NCBI GenBank assembly: GCA_040905465.1
Contig: JBBDRK010000066.1
Span: 58,709-82,991, forward strand
Direction of reading: 5' to 3'
DNA from: Trueperaceae bacterium
GTDB taxonomy: Bacteria; Deinococcota; Deinococci; Deinococcales; Trueperaceae
Length of the DNA: 24,283 nt
Under the pieces are notes generated by a model that worked only from the letters and a program-made list of their open reading frames with translations, was not told the origin of the DNA and did not search any database. Position numbers and translations under genes: made by a program. Shown piece by piece: positions 1-12,936 of the stretch. How positions within the stretch are numbered: the stretch's first letter is position 1; every line of letters begins with the position of its first letter.

Positions 1-85
1 GGACGGCGAGCAGGATTGAGATCAGGACGGCGAGCAGGACAGCCAGGAGGATCCAGGGTCTTGATCCGGTCAGGTGGGAGGAAAG

Positions 86-2020
86 TCAGGCCCCAGTCGA
101 GGTCTCGACTGCGTCGGCGCGAGAGCGCAGGTAACCGACGACGAGCTCCTGCTCCCCCTTGACGCAAATCAGCAGACCGTCACCCAGGGGTTCGATCAGA
201 TACTCGTCAAACGTCCCGATCGCGTGCCCCGGGAGCATGACCACCAGACTCTCCTGATTGCCCTCGCCGCTCACCCGGTATTGCCGTACCGTGAGGCCGT
301 AGGTGCCCACCTCCAGGGCGAGCGGTTCGCCGGTGAGCGTGTGAACCGACACCTCACCCAGGTCGACTTCCTCAAGGATTGCGCCCAGGTCGCTGGATTC
401 GACCGACAGCGCCCGTTGCAGGCTATCCCGCATTCCCTCCACGGCGCCCTCGCTCAAACTGACCTTGGCCGCCCGCGCCCCGCCCCGTAGGAAGCCTTCC
501 AGCGCCGCCGCTCTGTCGGGGGCTTTGGCAGTGAGCGCGGCGATGCTCTGCAGGGCCATCCTGACCAGTTCCTGCATCTCACCGGCCGAACCGTCCGCCA
601 GGATTCGCAGCACCGCCAGCAGCTCGTCGCGCTCCGGCGATGACATCACGCGCAGCACGGCAGCGGCTTCCGCCACCCGGACTACCACCGACCGCGCCTC
701 GTCCTCGACCTTCAGGTGCAGGTAATCACCGTCGGTGAACGCATAGAGCCACTTGCGCTCGAAGTTGACCGCCAACTCGCCGGCCAGCGAGTGCTCCTCG
801 CCCCGCAGATACAGCTTCTGATCGGCGCCCGGGCCTGACACGGAAACCTCCAGGCCAGCCAGGCGAATGCGGGTGGGTCCCTTCAGCCGCGCAGTCACGC
901 TCGGCACGTGCGGATCCACGGCCTCGATGCGAAGTGCGGGGTTTATGGCGAACAGCACGCCTCCGGCGAGGCGCGGCGGGCCGGAACTGGCGCCCACCGA
1001 CTGCGGCAAGTAGCGCGCCAGGCGGTCAAAGAATGCGTCCACGAGCGCCTCGAAGCGAGCAACGTCCTGGTGGAAGAGCTGGCGCTGATTGCGCTCGAAC
1101 GCCAGTACCTGTTGCAACCGCTCCTCGAGTTGCCGGCGCTGGCTGAGGCGCTCCTCGTCCCGAAGCCGCTCCTTGCCGAGCTCCTGCATGGCTACCCGCA
1201 ACTGCTGGGCGTTGGGGCCGCGCTGCTCCAACAGCCCTGCTCTGCCCGCGTAAGGGTCGGCGGCAACCGCTCGAGCCACGGCCCGCATGGTGCGGAACTC
1301 CGCGCCGGACGCCACACCCAGCAACCGGTACGGGCCCTCCGACGCGGCCAGGTCCAGTACACAGTCCACGGTCTCGCGAACGAGCTCGGCCAGGCTGTCG
1401 ATGTCGTTGACGGACAGGAACGGATCGTCATGGGCAGGCATGGCTTCGCTGACCCTGAAACGCTCCAGGCCGGTGTCCCCTCTGGCTTCGTCGGTCTGGC
1501 AGTAGAGGTGCAGGTTCCGTTGCACGGCGTACAGCAGCCGCGCGGTGTAGCGGTCGCGCTCGGCCCGCAACCCGCCCGCGATCTTGCGGATGAAGCGGTC
1601 GAGGTCGTGGCGCCACACCTTTGCCGCCAGGTTCTGCAGGGACGCCTGCTCGGCCCCTACGGCACCGTTCTCAGCGGCGGGCACGGGCGGGGCCGCTATG
1701 GGTGGTGCCGTCGCCGTTGCGAGCATCGGGTCCGTCTGCGGTTCCGCCTGAAGGTCCTCGCCGGCTCCGCCCAGGACGAGATCGGAGAACTCGGTGACGA
1801 CGGTCGGCCGTCCCCCGGCCGTCCCACTTACATGCCTCAACGCGCGTTCGGCCAGTTCGAGCCGGCGCCGCTCGTCGGGGGCCAGCAACGCCGCCTGCTT
1901 GTGCAGATGGTGATAAAGCGTCCACACGCTCGCCAGCCCGCCTCGCACCTCGCGGCGGGCGCGGACCTCTTCCACCTTGTATTCGAAGAGCTCCAGCGCT
2001 ACGTGTTCAAGTTTGAGCAT
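86..2020 (-). CDS. Hypothetical protein (~644 aa); helical/coiled-coil regions plus two beta-rich regions
   Basis: Long ORF with protein-like composition. Start moved from the track's 2092 to ATG 2020 (MLKLEHVALELF), which follows a GGGAG Shine-Dalgarno. No family recognised. Confidence 0.8.
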   Translation of the reverse strand: MLKLEHVALELFEYKVEEVRARREVRGGLASVWTLYHHLHKQAALLAPDERRRLELAERALRHVSGTAGGRPTVVTEFSDLVLGGAGEDLQAEPQTDPMLATATAPPIAAPPVPAAENGAVGAEQASLQNLAAKVWRHDLDRFIRKIAGGLRAERDRYTARLLYAVQRNLHLYCQTDEARGDTGLERFRVSEAMPAHDDPFLSVNDIDSLAELVRETVDCVLDLAASEGPYRLLGVASGAEFRTMRAVARAVAADPYAGRAGLLEQRGPNAQQLRVAMQELGKERLRDEERLSQRRQLEERLQQVLAFERNQRQLFHQDVARFEALVDAFFDRLARYLPQSVGASSGPPRLAGGVLFAINPALRIEAVDPHVPSVTARLKGPTRIRLAGLEVSVSGPGADQKLYLRGEEHSLAGELAVNFERKWLYAFTDGDYLHLKVEDEARSVVVRVAEAAAVLRVMSSPERDELLAVLRILADGSAGEMQELVRMALQSIAALTAKAPDRAAALEGFLRGGARAAKVSLSEGAVEGMRDSLQRALSVESSDLGAILEEVDLGEVSVHTLTGEPLALEVGTYGLTVRQYRVSGEGNQESLVVMLPGHAIGTFDEYLIEPLGDGLLICVKGEQELVVGYLRSRADAVETSTGA

Positions 2021-2073
2021 TGTCTCCCACCACCGTGCCACTGCCCCTTGACGGCCCTTCCCGAGGCTGCTCG

Positions 2074-2082
2074 TGATACCAT
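2074..2082 (+). promoter_or_regulatory. Candidate extended -10 element (TGaTACCAT) for the ferredoxin gene
   Basis: TGnTANNNT motif about 108 nt upstream of the ferredoxin ATG. The TTGACG at 2048 is too far away (23 nt spacer) to be its -35. Confidence 0.35.
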
Positions 2083-2190
2083 TCTGGGGCAAGCGGGCGT
2101 GGCGAGCTGTCGGATTTTCCGCTCGACTCTCCGCACGCGTGATCCCATCATCGCGGCAGCCCCCAACCGCGGGTCTGCAAGGGAGGAAGA

Positions 2191-2427
2191 ATGCCTCACA
2201 TCATTACGGAGCCGTGCATCGGCACCAAGGACAAGTCGTGCGTCGATGTCTGCCCGGTCGAGTGCATCTACGAGGCGGACGACCAGCTCTATATCCACCC
2301 CGAAGAGTGCATCGACTGCGGTGCTTGCGTGCCGGCCTGTCCGGTGAGCGCAATATTCCCCGAGGAAGACGTGCCGGCGGAGTGGGAGTCCTTCATCCAG
2401 AAGAATTACGAGCTTTCCGGTCTGTGA
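2191..2427 (+). CDS. fdxA: 7Fe ([3Fe-4S]+[4Fe-4S]) ferredoxin, Thermus/Azotobacter FdI type
   Basis: MPHIITEPC..KDKSCVDVCPVECI and CIDCGACVPACP motifs, closely resembling T. thermophilus ferredoxin. GGGAGG SD precedes the ATG. Confidence 0.95.
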   Translation: MPHIITEPCIGTKDKSCVDVCPVECIYEADDQLYIHPEECIDCGACVPACPVSAIFPEEDVPAEWESFIQKNYELSGL

Positions 2428-2452
2428 GGCGCGCTTCGCCGGTAACCTCGCG

Positions 2453-3550
2453 CTAGCTCGCCGAGGGTTCGGCAAGGCCGCGGTCACTCGCTGGCAGTGT
2501 CGCCAGTCGTTCGAAAACCGACAACAACACGTCGCCGGCCCTTCGCAGGTCGGCGATTTCGACGTGCTCGTCAGGGGTGTGGTCGAGTGAGCTGTCGCCC
2601 GGGCCGTACGCTACGGTCGGCACCCCCCAATGCGGCGCTACGACGTTCATGTCCGAAGTTCCGGTCTTCACCTTGAAGCGCGGCACGCCCCCGTGCTGGC
2701 GAATGGCTATCCGAAACGCCCGCGTCAGCGCGGTATCTCTCGGTCCGCGGTAAGGCGGCTCGGCACCGGCGAATTCGACTCTGGCAACCCCGGAAAGAGC
2801 GGCGGTCAGACCGGAACGAGCAGCGTCCGGCGGCAGCGCCGGAGGCAGGCGCAGGCCGATGGTGAAGCGGCAACGTTGTTCGAGCCCGTCGTCGTCCGAT
2901 TCGATATGCTGCAACGTCGCCTGGACCAGATCGAAGATGCCGTCGACGCCCCGGTTCAGCTCGCCCGCCCAGGCGACGACCGCGTTCCAGGCGGCGATGG
3001 CGTCTTCGGCCGCGCTGCTCTCGCTGCCGGCCGAATGGTGGCACGCCTTGATCACTGTGCCTTTCACGACCAACCGCCCCTTGTAGCCCAGGGTAATGGC
3101 GTCCCAGCCACTCGGTTCGCCGATTATCAGCAGATCGGGACGCCGATGGGAACGCAGGGCGTAGCGGGCGCCGCGGGAGCTCGAAGCCTCCTCCTCGGTC
3201 GCGCCGATGAGGGTGACGGTGAGCGCCGCACGAGCGGCGCCGGAGAGTCGTGAGGCGGCCGCGACCGCCGCGCAGAACGGCCCTTTGGCGTCGACCGTTC
3301 CGCGGCCGTAGAGGCGGCCGTCCTCCACGCGTACTTCGATCTTCCCCGGCACGGTGTCGATATGCCCGAGGAACATCACGTGCAGGGGTCCCTTGCCGAC
3401 CTGGCACACGGCGCTTCCGGAGTCGTCCACGAACGACCGGCCACCGACCTCGCTCATGCGCGAAATCAGATGCGCCGCTACTGCCCGCTCTTCACCCGAG
3501 GGGCTGGGAATAGCGGCAACCTCCTGGAGAAGTGCGGCGGGGTCGATCAT
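2453..3550 (-). CDS. lysK: [LysW]-lysine hydrolase (M20 peptidase family)
   Basis: HIDTV, GRGTVDAKG, EEE, GEPSG, GTSDMN and YGPGDSSLDHTPDEH motifs; last gene of the LysW cluster. Confidence 0.93.
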   Translation of the reverse strand: MIDPAALLQEVAAIPSPSGEERAVAAHLISRMSEVGGRSFVDDSGSAVCQVGKGPLHVMFLGHIDTVPGKIEVRVEDGRLYGRGTVDAKGPFCAAVAAASRLSGAARAALTVTLIGATEEEASSSRGARYALRSHRRPDLLIIGEPSGWDAITLGYKGRLVVKGTVIKACHHSAGSESSAAEDAIAAWNAVVAWAGELNRGVDGIFDLVQATLQHIESDDDGLEQRCRFTIGLRLPPALPPDAARSGLTAALSGVARVEFAGAEPPYRGPRDTALTRAFRIAIRQHGGVPRFKVKTGTSDMNVVAPHWGVPTVAYGPGDSSLDHTPDEHVEIADLRRAGDVLLSVFERLATLPASDRGLAEPSAS

Positions 3551-3575
3551 CGTCGGTACCGCTCGAAGCGAGGAC

Positions 3576-4766
3576 TCAGGACGCCTGCGCTCCCAGGACC
3601 ACGGCTACCCGCCGGACGACCTCGTCGACTTCCGCCTTGCCGATTATCAGCGGCGGCACGAAACGGATCACGTTGGGTCCGGCGTTGATTACCAGCACAC
3701 CTGCTTCCCGCAGCGCGGCGACGTACGGTGCGGCCTTCTCCTTGAGTTCGAGGCCGATCAGCAGGCCAATGCCGCGCACTTCCCGAATGCGAGGCGAGTC
3801 GATCGCGGCCAGGCGCTCCTGGAAGTACGGCCCTACCTCGCTTACGTGCGCCAGCAAGCCACGCTCATCTATCTCCTGCAGCACCGCCAGGCCAGCGGCC
3901 GAAGCGAGCGGATTGCCGCCGAATGTGGTGCCGTGCCCGCCGGTCGGCATCCCGGCCGCCACTTCCTCGGTCATCAGCAGGGCGCCAATGGGAACGCCGC
4001 CACCCAGACCCTTGGCCAGGGTAACCATGTCGGCGTCCACGCCGTGGTGCTCGCTCGCGAGAAACCGGCCGCTCCTGCCGACGCCCGACTGGATCTCGTC
4101 GAAAACGAGGAGCGCGCCACGTTCCCGGGTCAGCCGCCGGGCAGCCCGGAGATACTCTTCGGTGGCCGGGTGGATCCCGCCCTCGCCTTGCACCGGCTCG
4201 ACGAACACGGCAGCGGTTTCCTCGTCGACCGCGCTGTCGAGAGCCGCGACGTCGTTGAACGACACGTGCTCCACCCGGATCGGCAAAGGTTCGAACGGCT
4301 TGCGGTACTTCGGTTCCCAGGTCAGCCCCAGCACCCCCATCGTCCGCCCCGCAAAACCTCGCTTGGCGGCAACGAAATGTGATCGACCGGTCGCCACCCG
4401 TGCCCACTTGAGCGCCGCCTCGTTGACCTCGGAGCCGGAGTTGGCCATGAATGCCCGGGTGAGCGGTCGCGGGACGAACTCGAAGAGCTTCTCCAGGAAC
4501 CGGCTGCGGGTGTCGTTGCCCATGTTCTGGCCGAAGGCGATCAACTTGCCGGCCTGATCGGACAGGGCCCGCGTCAGCCGGGCATTGCCGTGGCCGATGC
4601 TGGCTACCGCTATTCCGGCAAGGCAATCGAGGTACTCCTTGCCCTCGGCGTCCCAGACACGCACGCCTTCGCCGCGAACCAGCGCGATGTCGCTCTGCCA
4701 CAAGCCGGAACCGTGGGCCGCGTCCACCGCCAGGATCTGCTGAGTATTGCTCCCTACCTGTGGCAT
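3576..4766 (-). CDS. lysJ: [LysW]-aminoadipate semialdehyde transaminase (class III PLP aminotransferase)
   Basis: NSGSEVNE, EPVQGEGG, FDEIQSGVGR, LAKGLGGG and HGTTFGGNP motifs. The start is ATG 4766 after GAAGGAG; the track's extension to 5375 overlaps lysZ. Confidence 0.9.
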   Translation of the reverse strand: MPQVGSNTQQILAVDAAHGSGLWQSDIALVRGEGVRVWDAEGKEYLDCLAGIAVASIGHGNARLTRALSDQAGKLIAFGQNMGNDTRSRFLEKLFEFVPRPLTRAFMANSGSEVNEAALKWARVATGRSHFVAAKRGFAGRTMGVLGLTWEPKYRKPFEPLPIRVEHVSFNDVAALDSAVDEETAAVFVEPVQGEGGIHPATEEYLRAARRLTRERGALLVFDEIQSGVGRSGRFLASEHHGVDADMVTLAKGLGGGVPIGALLMTEEVAAGMPTGGHGTTFGGNPLASAAGLAVLQEIDERGLLAHVSEVGPYFQERLAAIDSPRIREVRGIGLLIGLELKEKAAPYVAALREAGVLVINAGPNVIRFVPPLIIGKAEVDEVVRRVAVVLGAQAS

Positions 4767-4804
4767 TCTCTCTCCTTCACGTGCTTGCGACCTCGCCCTA
4801 ACCT

Positions 4805-5608
4805 TCAACTGACTACCGTTCCGTGCCCGGCGAGAGCGCGACTTATCGGCGCCTCGCTGCGGGCGTCGCCGAAAACGACGCGTCCCACGCCGGCGCGAAC
4901 CGCCTCGGCGGCTCCCAACACCTTCTTCCTCATACGGTCGCGCGCGAACTCCAGATACTCCTCCACCCGTTCGGCCGGTACCGCCGGGATGAGCGTCGCC
5001 GGGTCGGGAAATTCGCGGAGCAACCCGGGAACGTTGGACAGCAGCAGCAGCGCTTCGGCTCTCATTGCCCCGGCGAGCGCGGCGGCGGCACGATCGCCGT
5101 CGACGTTCACCGCCACCCCTTCGTAGCTGATGCCTGGGGGCGTGAGCACCGGCAGGTAGCCGGCATCGAGCAGCAGCGTGAGCAACGAAGTGTTCACCCG
5201 TTCGACGGTACCTGTGTGATCCCCTCGCAGGAGCTTTACCTTGCCGCCTTCGACGCTGCGAACCGAATCCTTGTGGCGCCCCTCGAAGATCCGCCCGTCG
5301 ATGCCGGACAGGCCGACTGCGTCTACCTCGAGTCGCTGGAGCCGCTCGACAATCCCCTTGTTGACCTTGCCGCAATAGACCATCTCGAAGATCTCCAGCG
5401 TTTCCCTGTCGGTGTAGCGACTCGTGTAACCGCTGGGACTGGTCACGAAGCGGGGAGGGCGGCCCAGTGCCTCGGCCACCCGATTGGTCTCGGCGCTGCC
5501 TCCATGCACGACGATCAACCGTCTTCCCTGCTTCCAGAGAGCAGCGGCGTCGCGGCAGAGTCCGTCGTAATCGATGCCTGCCGCTCCCCCGACCTTCACC
5601 ACGATCAC
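4805..5608 (-). CDS. lysZ: [LysW]-aminoadipate kinase
   Basis: IVVKVGG, VHGGS, TSPSGYTSRYTD and NVDGDRAAA motifs. GTG start at 5608 overlaps the upstream TGA (GTGA). Confidence 0.93.
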   Translation of the reverse strand: MIVVKVGGAAGIDYDGLCRDAAALWKQGRRLIVVHGGSAETNRVAEALGRPPRFVTSPSGYTSRYTDRETLEIFEMVYCGKVNKGIVERLQRLEVDAVGLSGIDGRIFEGRHKDSVRSVEGGKVKLLRGDHTGTVERVNTSLLTLLLDAGYLPVLTPPGISYEGVAVNVDGDRAAAALAGAMRAEALLLLSNVPGLLREFPDPATLIPAVPAERVEEYLEFARDRMRKKVLGAAEAVRAGVGRVVFGDARSEAPISRALAGHGTVVS

Positions 5609-6840
5609 CGGTCGTCCCCGGCCAGCGCTTGGGCGAGCGGGCGCCTGGTAGCGACGGGCATGCGCCGGCCGAGGCTCACTCGCCGTGCCCCCAGGTAGTG
5701 AGTAAAGCCGCGCACCGCCGCGGAAAAAGCGCCGAGCATTTCGTCGTCCACCTTTACGTCGGGCTCCCACCACCAGCGCTCGAGCTTCCACACGCCGCCC
5801 ACGAGCCGGCCGTCGAATCGGGCCACGAAGGCGTCCCGGTAGAAAACCGGCAGCACGTAGTAGCCCCAGCGCCGCTCGCTCTCGGGTTTGTAGACCTCCC
5901 AGACGTAGTCGAATCCGAAGATCCGGGCCAGCGCCTTGCGATCCCACATGAGGCTGTCGAGGGGCGCGACGAAGGTCATCCGCGGCTCGGGCGGCGCGGC
6001 CTCGGCCCAGGAAAGGTCTGCGGTGCGCAGGTGGTAGCGGTCGCCCTCCACGTCCACCGGAGTCAACTCGCCCTCCGCGACCAGTTCATCCACGAGCGAC
6101 CGGCGCTCCGCGGCGCTGGCCGGCAGGCTCCACAGCCCCGCATCGGCCGAAAGCCGCAGCAGCCCGGCGCTCTGATGGCGCCGAAGTATGAGGAAACGCA
6201 GGCTGTCCCGCCGCGACGGCGCGGGGGCGCACAGTTCCTCCTCTGCTATCACCCGTTCCGGCACGGCGTACACGTGCCGGCCGCCGTCGCGGTGATGAGT
6301 GACCACCTGACCCGTGTCCCACAACGCCCGCAGGATCTGCTTGACCAGCTTGGGGCCGTACCACGATCCGCTCCAGGCCTCCACCCGTGTCTGATCCTCG
6401 AAGTCGAGCGACGACAGCGGGCCGCGGCGGCGCAACTCCGTCAGAGTGGCCTCGACCGCGTCGGCGTGCGATCCCAGCACGCGCTTCTCCCAGGCGGAGC
6501 GAAAATACTCGTGGTAGACGCGCCTGTAGCGCCAGTCACTCCGGGGCACGAGGCAGGCCTGCTTGTCCCAGGCGTCGTAGACCAGCCGTTGGCGATAGGC
6601 GGCGTCGTGCCAGTCGTCTACCCGGTAACCGGGCACGCGCGCCTGCAGGACCAGGTCGTGGTTACGACCCAAGGGGCGCAGCGGGTCGTATTGCACGCTG
6701 CCGAGCCGGTCGATCACCGCCGGCAGGTCGGCTCTGGTGAAGTGCAAGGCGGCAAGGAAGCGCCGGGCGTCGGCCCGGCTCCAGCGCAACGGCCCGTGGC
6801 CGGGTGACGCCGGGGTCGGTGACGAGCGCGCAGACGCCAC
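5605..6840 (-). CDS. YcaQ/AlkZ-family (HTH_42 winged-helix) interstrand-crosslink DNA glycosylase, QxD type
   Basis: N-terminal SVQYDPL...RNHDLVLQARV and C-terminal APLDSLMWDRK...FGFDYVWEVYKPESERRWGYYVLP match the YcaQ pattern. GTG 6840 lies 1 nt after the DinB stop; the exact start is inferred. Confidence 0.85.
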   Translation of the reverse strand: MASARSSPTPASPGHGPLRWSRADARRFLAALHFTRADLPAVIDRLGSVQYDPLRPLGRNHDLVLQARVPGYRVDDWHDAAYRQRLVYDAWDKQACLVPRSDWRYRRVYHEYFRSAWEKRVLGSHADAVEATLTELRRRGPLSSLDFEDQTRVEAWSGSWYGPKLVKQILRALWDTGQVVTHHRDGGRHVYAVPERVIAEEELCAPAPSRRDSLRFLILRRHQSAGLLRLSADAGLWSLPASAAERRSLVDELVAEGELTPVDVEGDRYHLRTADLSWAEAAPPEPRMTFVAPLDSLMWDRKALARIFGFDYVWEVYKPESERRWGYYVLPVFYRDAFVARFDGRLVGGVWKLERWWWEPDVKVDDEMLGAFSAAVRGFTHYLGARRVSLGRRMPVATRRPLAQALAGDDR

Positions 6841-6841
6841 G

Positions 6842-7300
6842 CTATTCGATCCCGTGCGGGGGCCAGAGGCCCTGGATCTGTCGTAACGCCACAACCCTGG
6901 CCAGATGGTAGGAGTTGTGGGCGACGATGCTCTCCACCACGGCCCGAACGGTCGTGCCTCGGCTCAACGTCCGGTCCATGGCTTCGGCGTCGGCCGCCAG
7001 GCCGGCAGCCTCGTCGAGGCCCAACCTGATCCGCTCGAGGAGCTCGCCCCACTCGTCGGTGCTGCCCGGCTCGGCAAGCTCGGGCCAGTCGCCCGACTCG
7101 CCCGGGTCCTCCGGCCTCTCCCCGCGCGCCTGAACCAGGAAGTACCGCTGCCAGTAATCGAGGTGCCAAAGCTCCTCGAAGATGCTGTGAGGGAGCCCGG
7201 TCTGGCGCTCACCTACCCGCTCGAACGGAAGCTCCTCGAGGATGTGGTGGACGGGCGCGAATACGCCCCTGCCGAACAGTAGCTGAGGTAGTCGCGTCAT
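6842..7300 (-). CDS. DinB/YfiT-like (S-transferase-like) four-helix protein
   Basis: HSIFEELWHLDYWQ and HNSYH supply the three-His metal triad typical of DinB-family proteins. ATG 7300 lies 5 nt after a TACAAT box. Confidence 0.85.
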   Translation of the reverse strand: MTRLPQLLFGRGVFAPVHHILEELPFERVGERQTGLPHSIFEELWHLDYWQRYFLVQARGERPEDPGESGDWPELAEPGSTDEWGELLERIRLGLDEAAGLAADAEAMDRTLSRGTTVRAVVESIVAHNSYHLARVVALRQIQGLWPPHGIE

Positions 7301-7305
7301 AGCGC

Positions 7306-7311
7306 ATTGTA
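7306..7311 (-). promoter_or_regulatory. Internal leaderless -10 box (TACAAT-N5-ATG) for the DinB-family gene
   Basis: Minus strand reads gagcTACAATgcgctATG with no SD, the typical Deinococcota leaderless promoter geometry. Confidence 0.65.
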
Positions 7312-7349
7312 GCTCAGGCGGCGCCCGACTCTTCCGGCGCGATCGCCCA

Positions 7350-8399
<1,050 letters not shown>

Positions 8400-9338
8400 C
8401 TACCGCCGTGCTCCCCGATACGACTCGGGCAGAGACGTAAGGCCGTACCGACGGGGGGAAGGTAGGGCAAGGGAGAGGGCGTAGTCGACCATCAGTCCCG
8501 GAATGTCGACGCCGGTGGTGGAGACCGAGTTGCGGAACTCCATGGTGTGGTTGACCTCCACGACCAGCGGGCCGCGGTCGGATTCGAGCAGGTCCACGGC
8601 CAGGATGCCGCCCCCGACGGCAGCCGCGGCGGCCAACGACACCCGTTCCAGCTCGCTGTTCAGAGGACAATTGGTGGCGACGGCACCGCGTGCGGTGTTG
8701 GTGATCCAGTGGTCGGAATTGCGGTATATCGCCGCGATCACGCGGCCACCGACCACGAAAGCGCGGATGTCGCGGCCCGGCTTGGCGATGTACTCCTGCA
8801 GGTAATGGACCTTGTGACTTGGGCCCCCGAGCGCCTCCTTGTGCTCGAGAACCGCCTCGACCGCATCGCGGTCGCTGAGACGGCTGACCATCCTGCCCCA
8901 CGACCCGACCACCGGCTTCATCACCACCGGGTACCCGAGGCGCTCGCACAAATCCAGCACGCCGTCGCGAGTGAACGCCACCCCCGAGCGCGGCACGGGC
9001 ACGCCCGCGCGGGCCAGGGCGGCGTTGGTGGCGAGCTTATCACCGCAAGTCTCGATCACGGCCGGCGCATTGATCACGCTCGCGCCGGCCGCCTCGAACA
9101 GCCTGGCCAAGGCGAGTCCCCTAGTCTGCGAGACCGACCTCTCGAGCACGACGTCGAAGCGTCCCAGTCGGGCGAGCTCATCGAAATCGACCGCCAGATC
9201 GGGGGCGTATACCTTCTCGAAGGCCACGCCGCGCTGCCCGAACGCCTCGAAGAGCATCCGTTCCTCTGGCCGCAGGCGGTCGTAGACCAAGGCGAGGCGA
9301 GGAGCGGCCTCCGGCTCAGTTACTCTGCCCGCTGTCAT
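8400..9338 (-). CDS. lysX: Alpha-aminoadipate--LysW ligase (ATP-grasp, RimK family)
   Basis: [24 protein letters not shown] and [11 protein letters not shown] as in Thermus LysX. ATG 9338 overlaps the lysW stop (ATGA). Confidence 0.93.
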   Translation of the reverse strand: MTAGRVTEPEAAPRLALVYDRLRPEERMLFEAFGQRGVAFEKVYAPDLAVDFDELARLGRFDVVLERSVSQTRGLALARLFEAAGASVINAPAVIETCGDKLATNAALARAGVPVPRSGVAFTRDGVLDLCERLGYPVVMKPVVGSWGRMVSRLSDRDAVEAVLEHKEALGGPSHKVHYLQEYIAKPGRDIRAFVVGGRVIAAIYRNSDHWITNTARGAVATNCPLNSELERVSLAAAAAVGGGILAVDLLESDRGPLVVEVNHTMEFRNSVSTTGVDIPGLMVDYALSLALPSPRRYGLTSLPESYRGARR

Positions 9339-9502
9339 TCCCCCCAGTCCTCGTCTTCCTCGGGCGCCGGCTCGAACCGCGGAGGCTTCACCGCCACGAC
9401 CTCGAGCTCCACGCCTTCGTCGGTAACGACCAACTCGCCCAGTTCGAGCGTTGCGGGGTCGACTTCCAGCCTTCCGTACTCGGTTTCGATCTGTTGCGTC
9501 AT
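9335..9502 (-). CDS. lysW: Amino-group carrier protein LysW (55 aa, cysteine-free)
   Basis: Very acidic small protein ending in the invariant EDWGE, with ELGELV and ELEVV core segments. AAAGGA SD precedes ATG 9502. Confidence 0.93.
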   Translation of the reverse strand: MTQQIETEYGRLEVDPATLELGELVVTDEGVELEVVAVKPPRFEPAPEEDEDWGE

Positions 9503-9549
9503 TTCGGTTCCTTTCGTTCGTCCGGCGACGGCCGGAGGTGTTTGCGGTA

Positions 9550-10090
9550 TCAACTCGCTGGTTTCTCTCCGGGCAGACGCCGGTGTTTTCGGTAGTAGTC
9601 GAGGATCGATCCCTCCGCCAGTGCCTCCTGCAGAAAAATCGGCGGCGGGTCCAACTCGAAGCGCTCGCCGGAGCGCGTGAGGACTCCCCTGGCCATGTCG
9701 AACTCCACCAGATCCCCGTCGGCGAGTCCTGCCGGCACGGTATCGGAGGTGAACGCCGGAATTCCGAGATTGAGCAGGTTGCGGAAGTGAATGCGCGCAA
9801 ACGAGCGTGCTATCACGGCACCCACCTCGAGCTCCTTGAGGGCCTGCACGGCATACTCGCGAGAGGACCCCAGGCCCCAGTTGCGGCCGCCTACCAGCAG
9901 GTCACCCGGTCTCACCTCAGCGGCGAACTCGGGCCTCAGATGGGCGAAGGCGAAACGGTGGAAGCGGTCCTCCCCCACCATGAACGGAGCGTACTTGCCC
10001 GGCAGGATGTCGTCGGTATTTACCGCGTCACCGAAGAGCCACACTCGCCGTTGCTGCAGCCTGGGCTCCTCGATATTCATAGTCGGGACG

Positions 10091-10098
<8 letters not shown>
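9550..10098 (-). CDS. lysU: Homoaconitase small subunit (LeuD family)
   Basis: [24 protein letters not shown] and [14 protein letters not shown] motifs. Start could also be ATG 10080. Confidence 0.9.
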
Positions 10099-12708
<2,610 letters not shown>

Positions 12709-12740
12709 TCACAGGTGAGCACCCGCTGGTGCCAGGAGGC

Positions 12741-12770
12741 ATGGTATTGGGGCGGAGGCCTATTTGTCAA
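12741..12770 (-). promoter_or_regulatory. Sigma-70-type promoter of the lysine operon: TTGACA-N18-TACCAT
   Basis: Perfect -35 (12765-12770) and TANNNT -10 (12741-12746), about 75 nt upstream of the hcs start. Confidence 0.75.
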
Positions 12771-12936
12771 CCCTGCGGGAACACCGTCCACGACGGGCGC
12801 CCCTTCCACATACAAGGTCACCGGGCGGCTGACGCCGGCAAGCGTAGGCATAGCCTGGCCTCACGACGGATGCAACATCGAAACGACCTTTCGGCCGTCG
12901 AATCGTAAGCCCACTGTCGGCAGGCGAAGCCAAGAG

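Noticed and set aside
1..85. 15-nt direct repeat GGACGGCGAGCAGGA (1-15, 25-39) with a 12-nt sub-period; reads LLAV-LLAV-LISI-LLAV on minus or DGEQD repeats on plus
   Set aside because: Truncated at the window edge with no clear start codon or strand. Too short and irregular for CRISPR; cannot be called.
2083..2190. Hairpin-rich ferredoxin 5' region as a riboswitch
   Set aside because: Only short GC-rich stems; no recognisable aptamer consensus.
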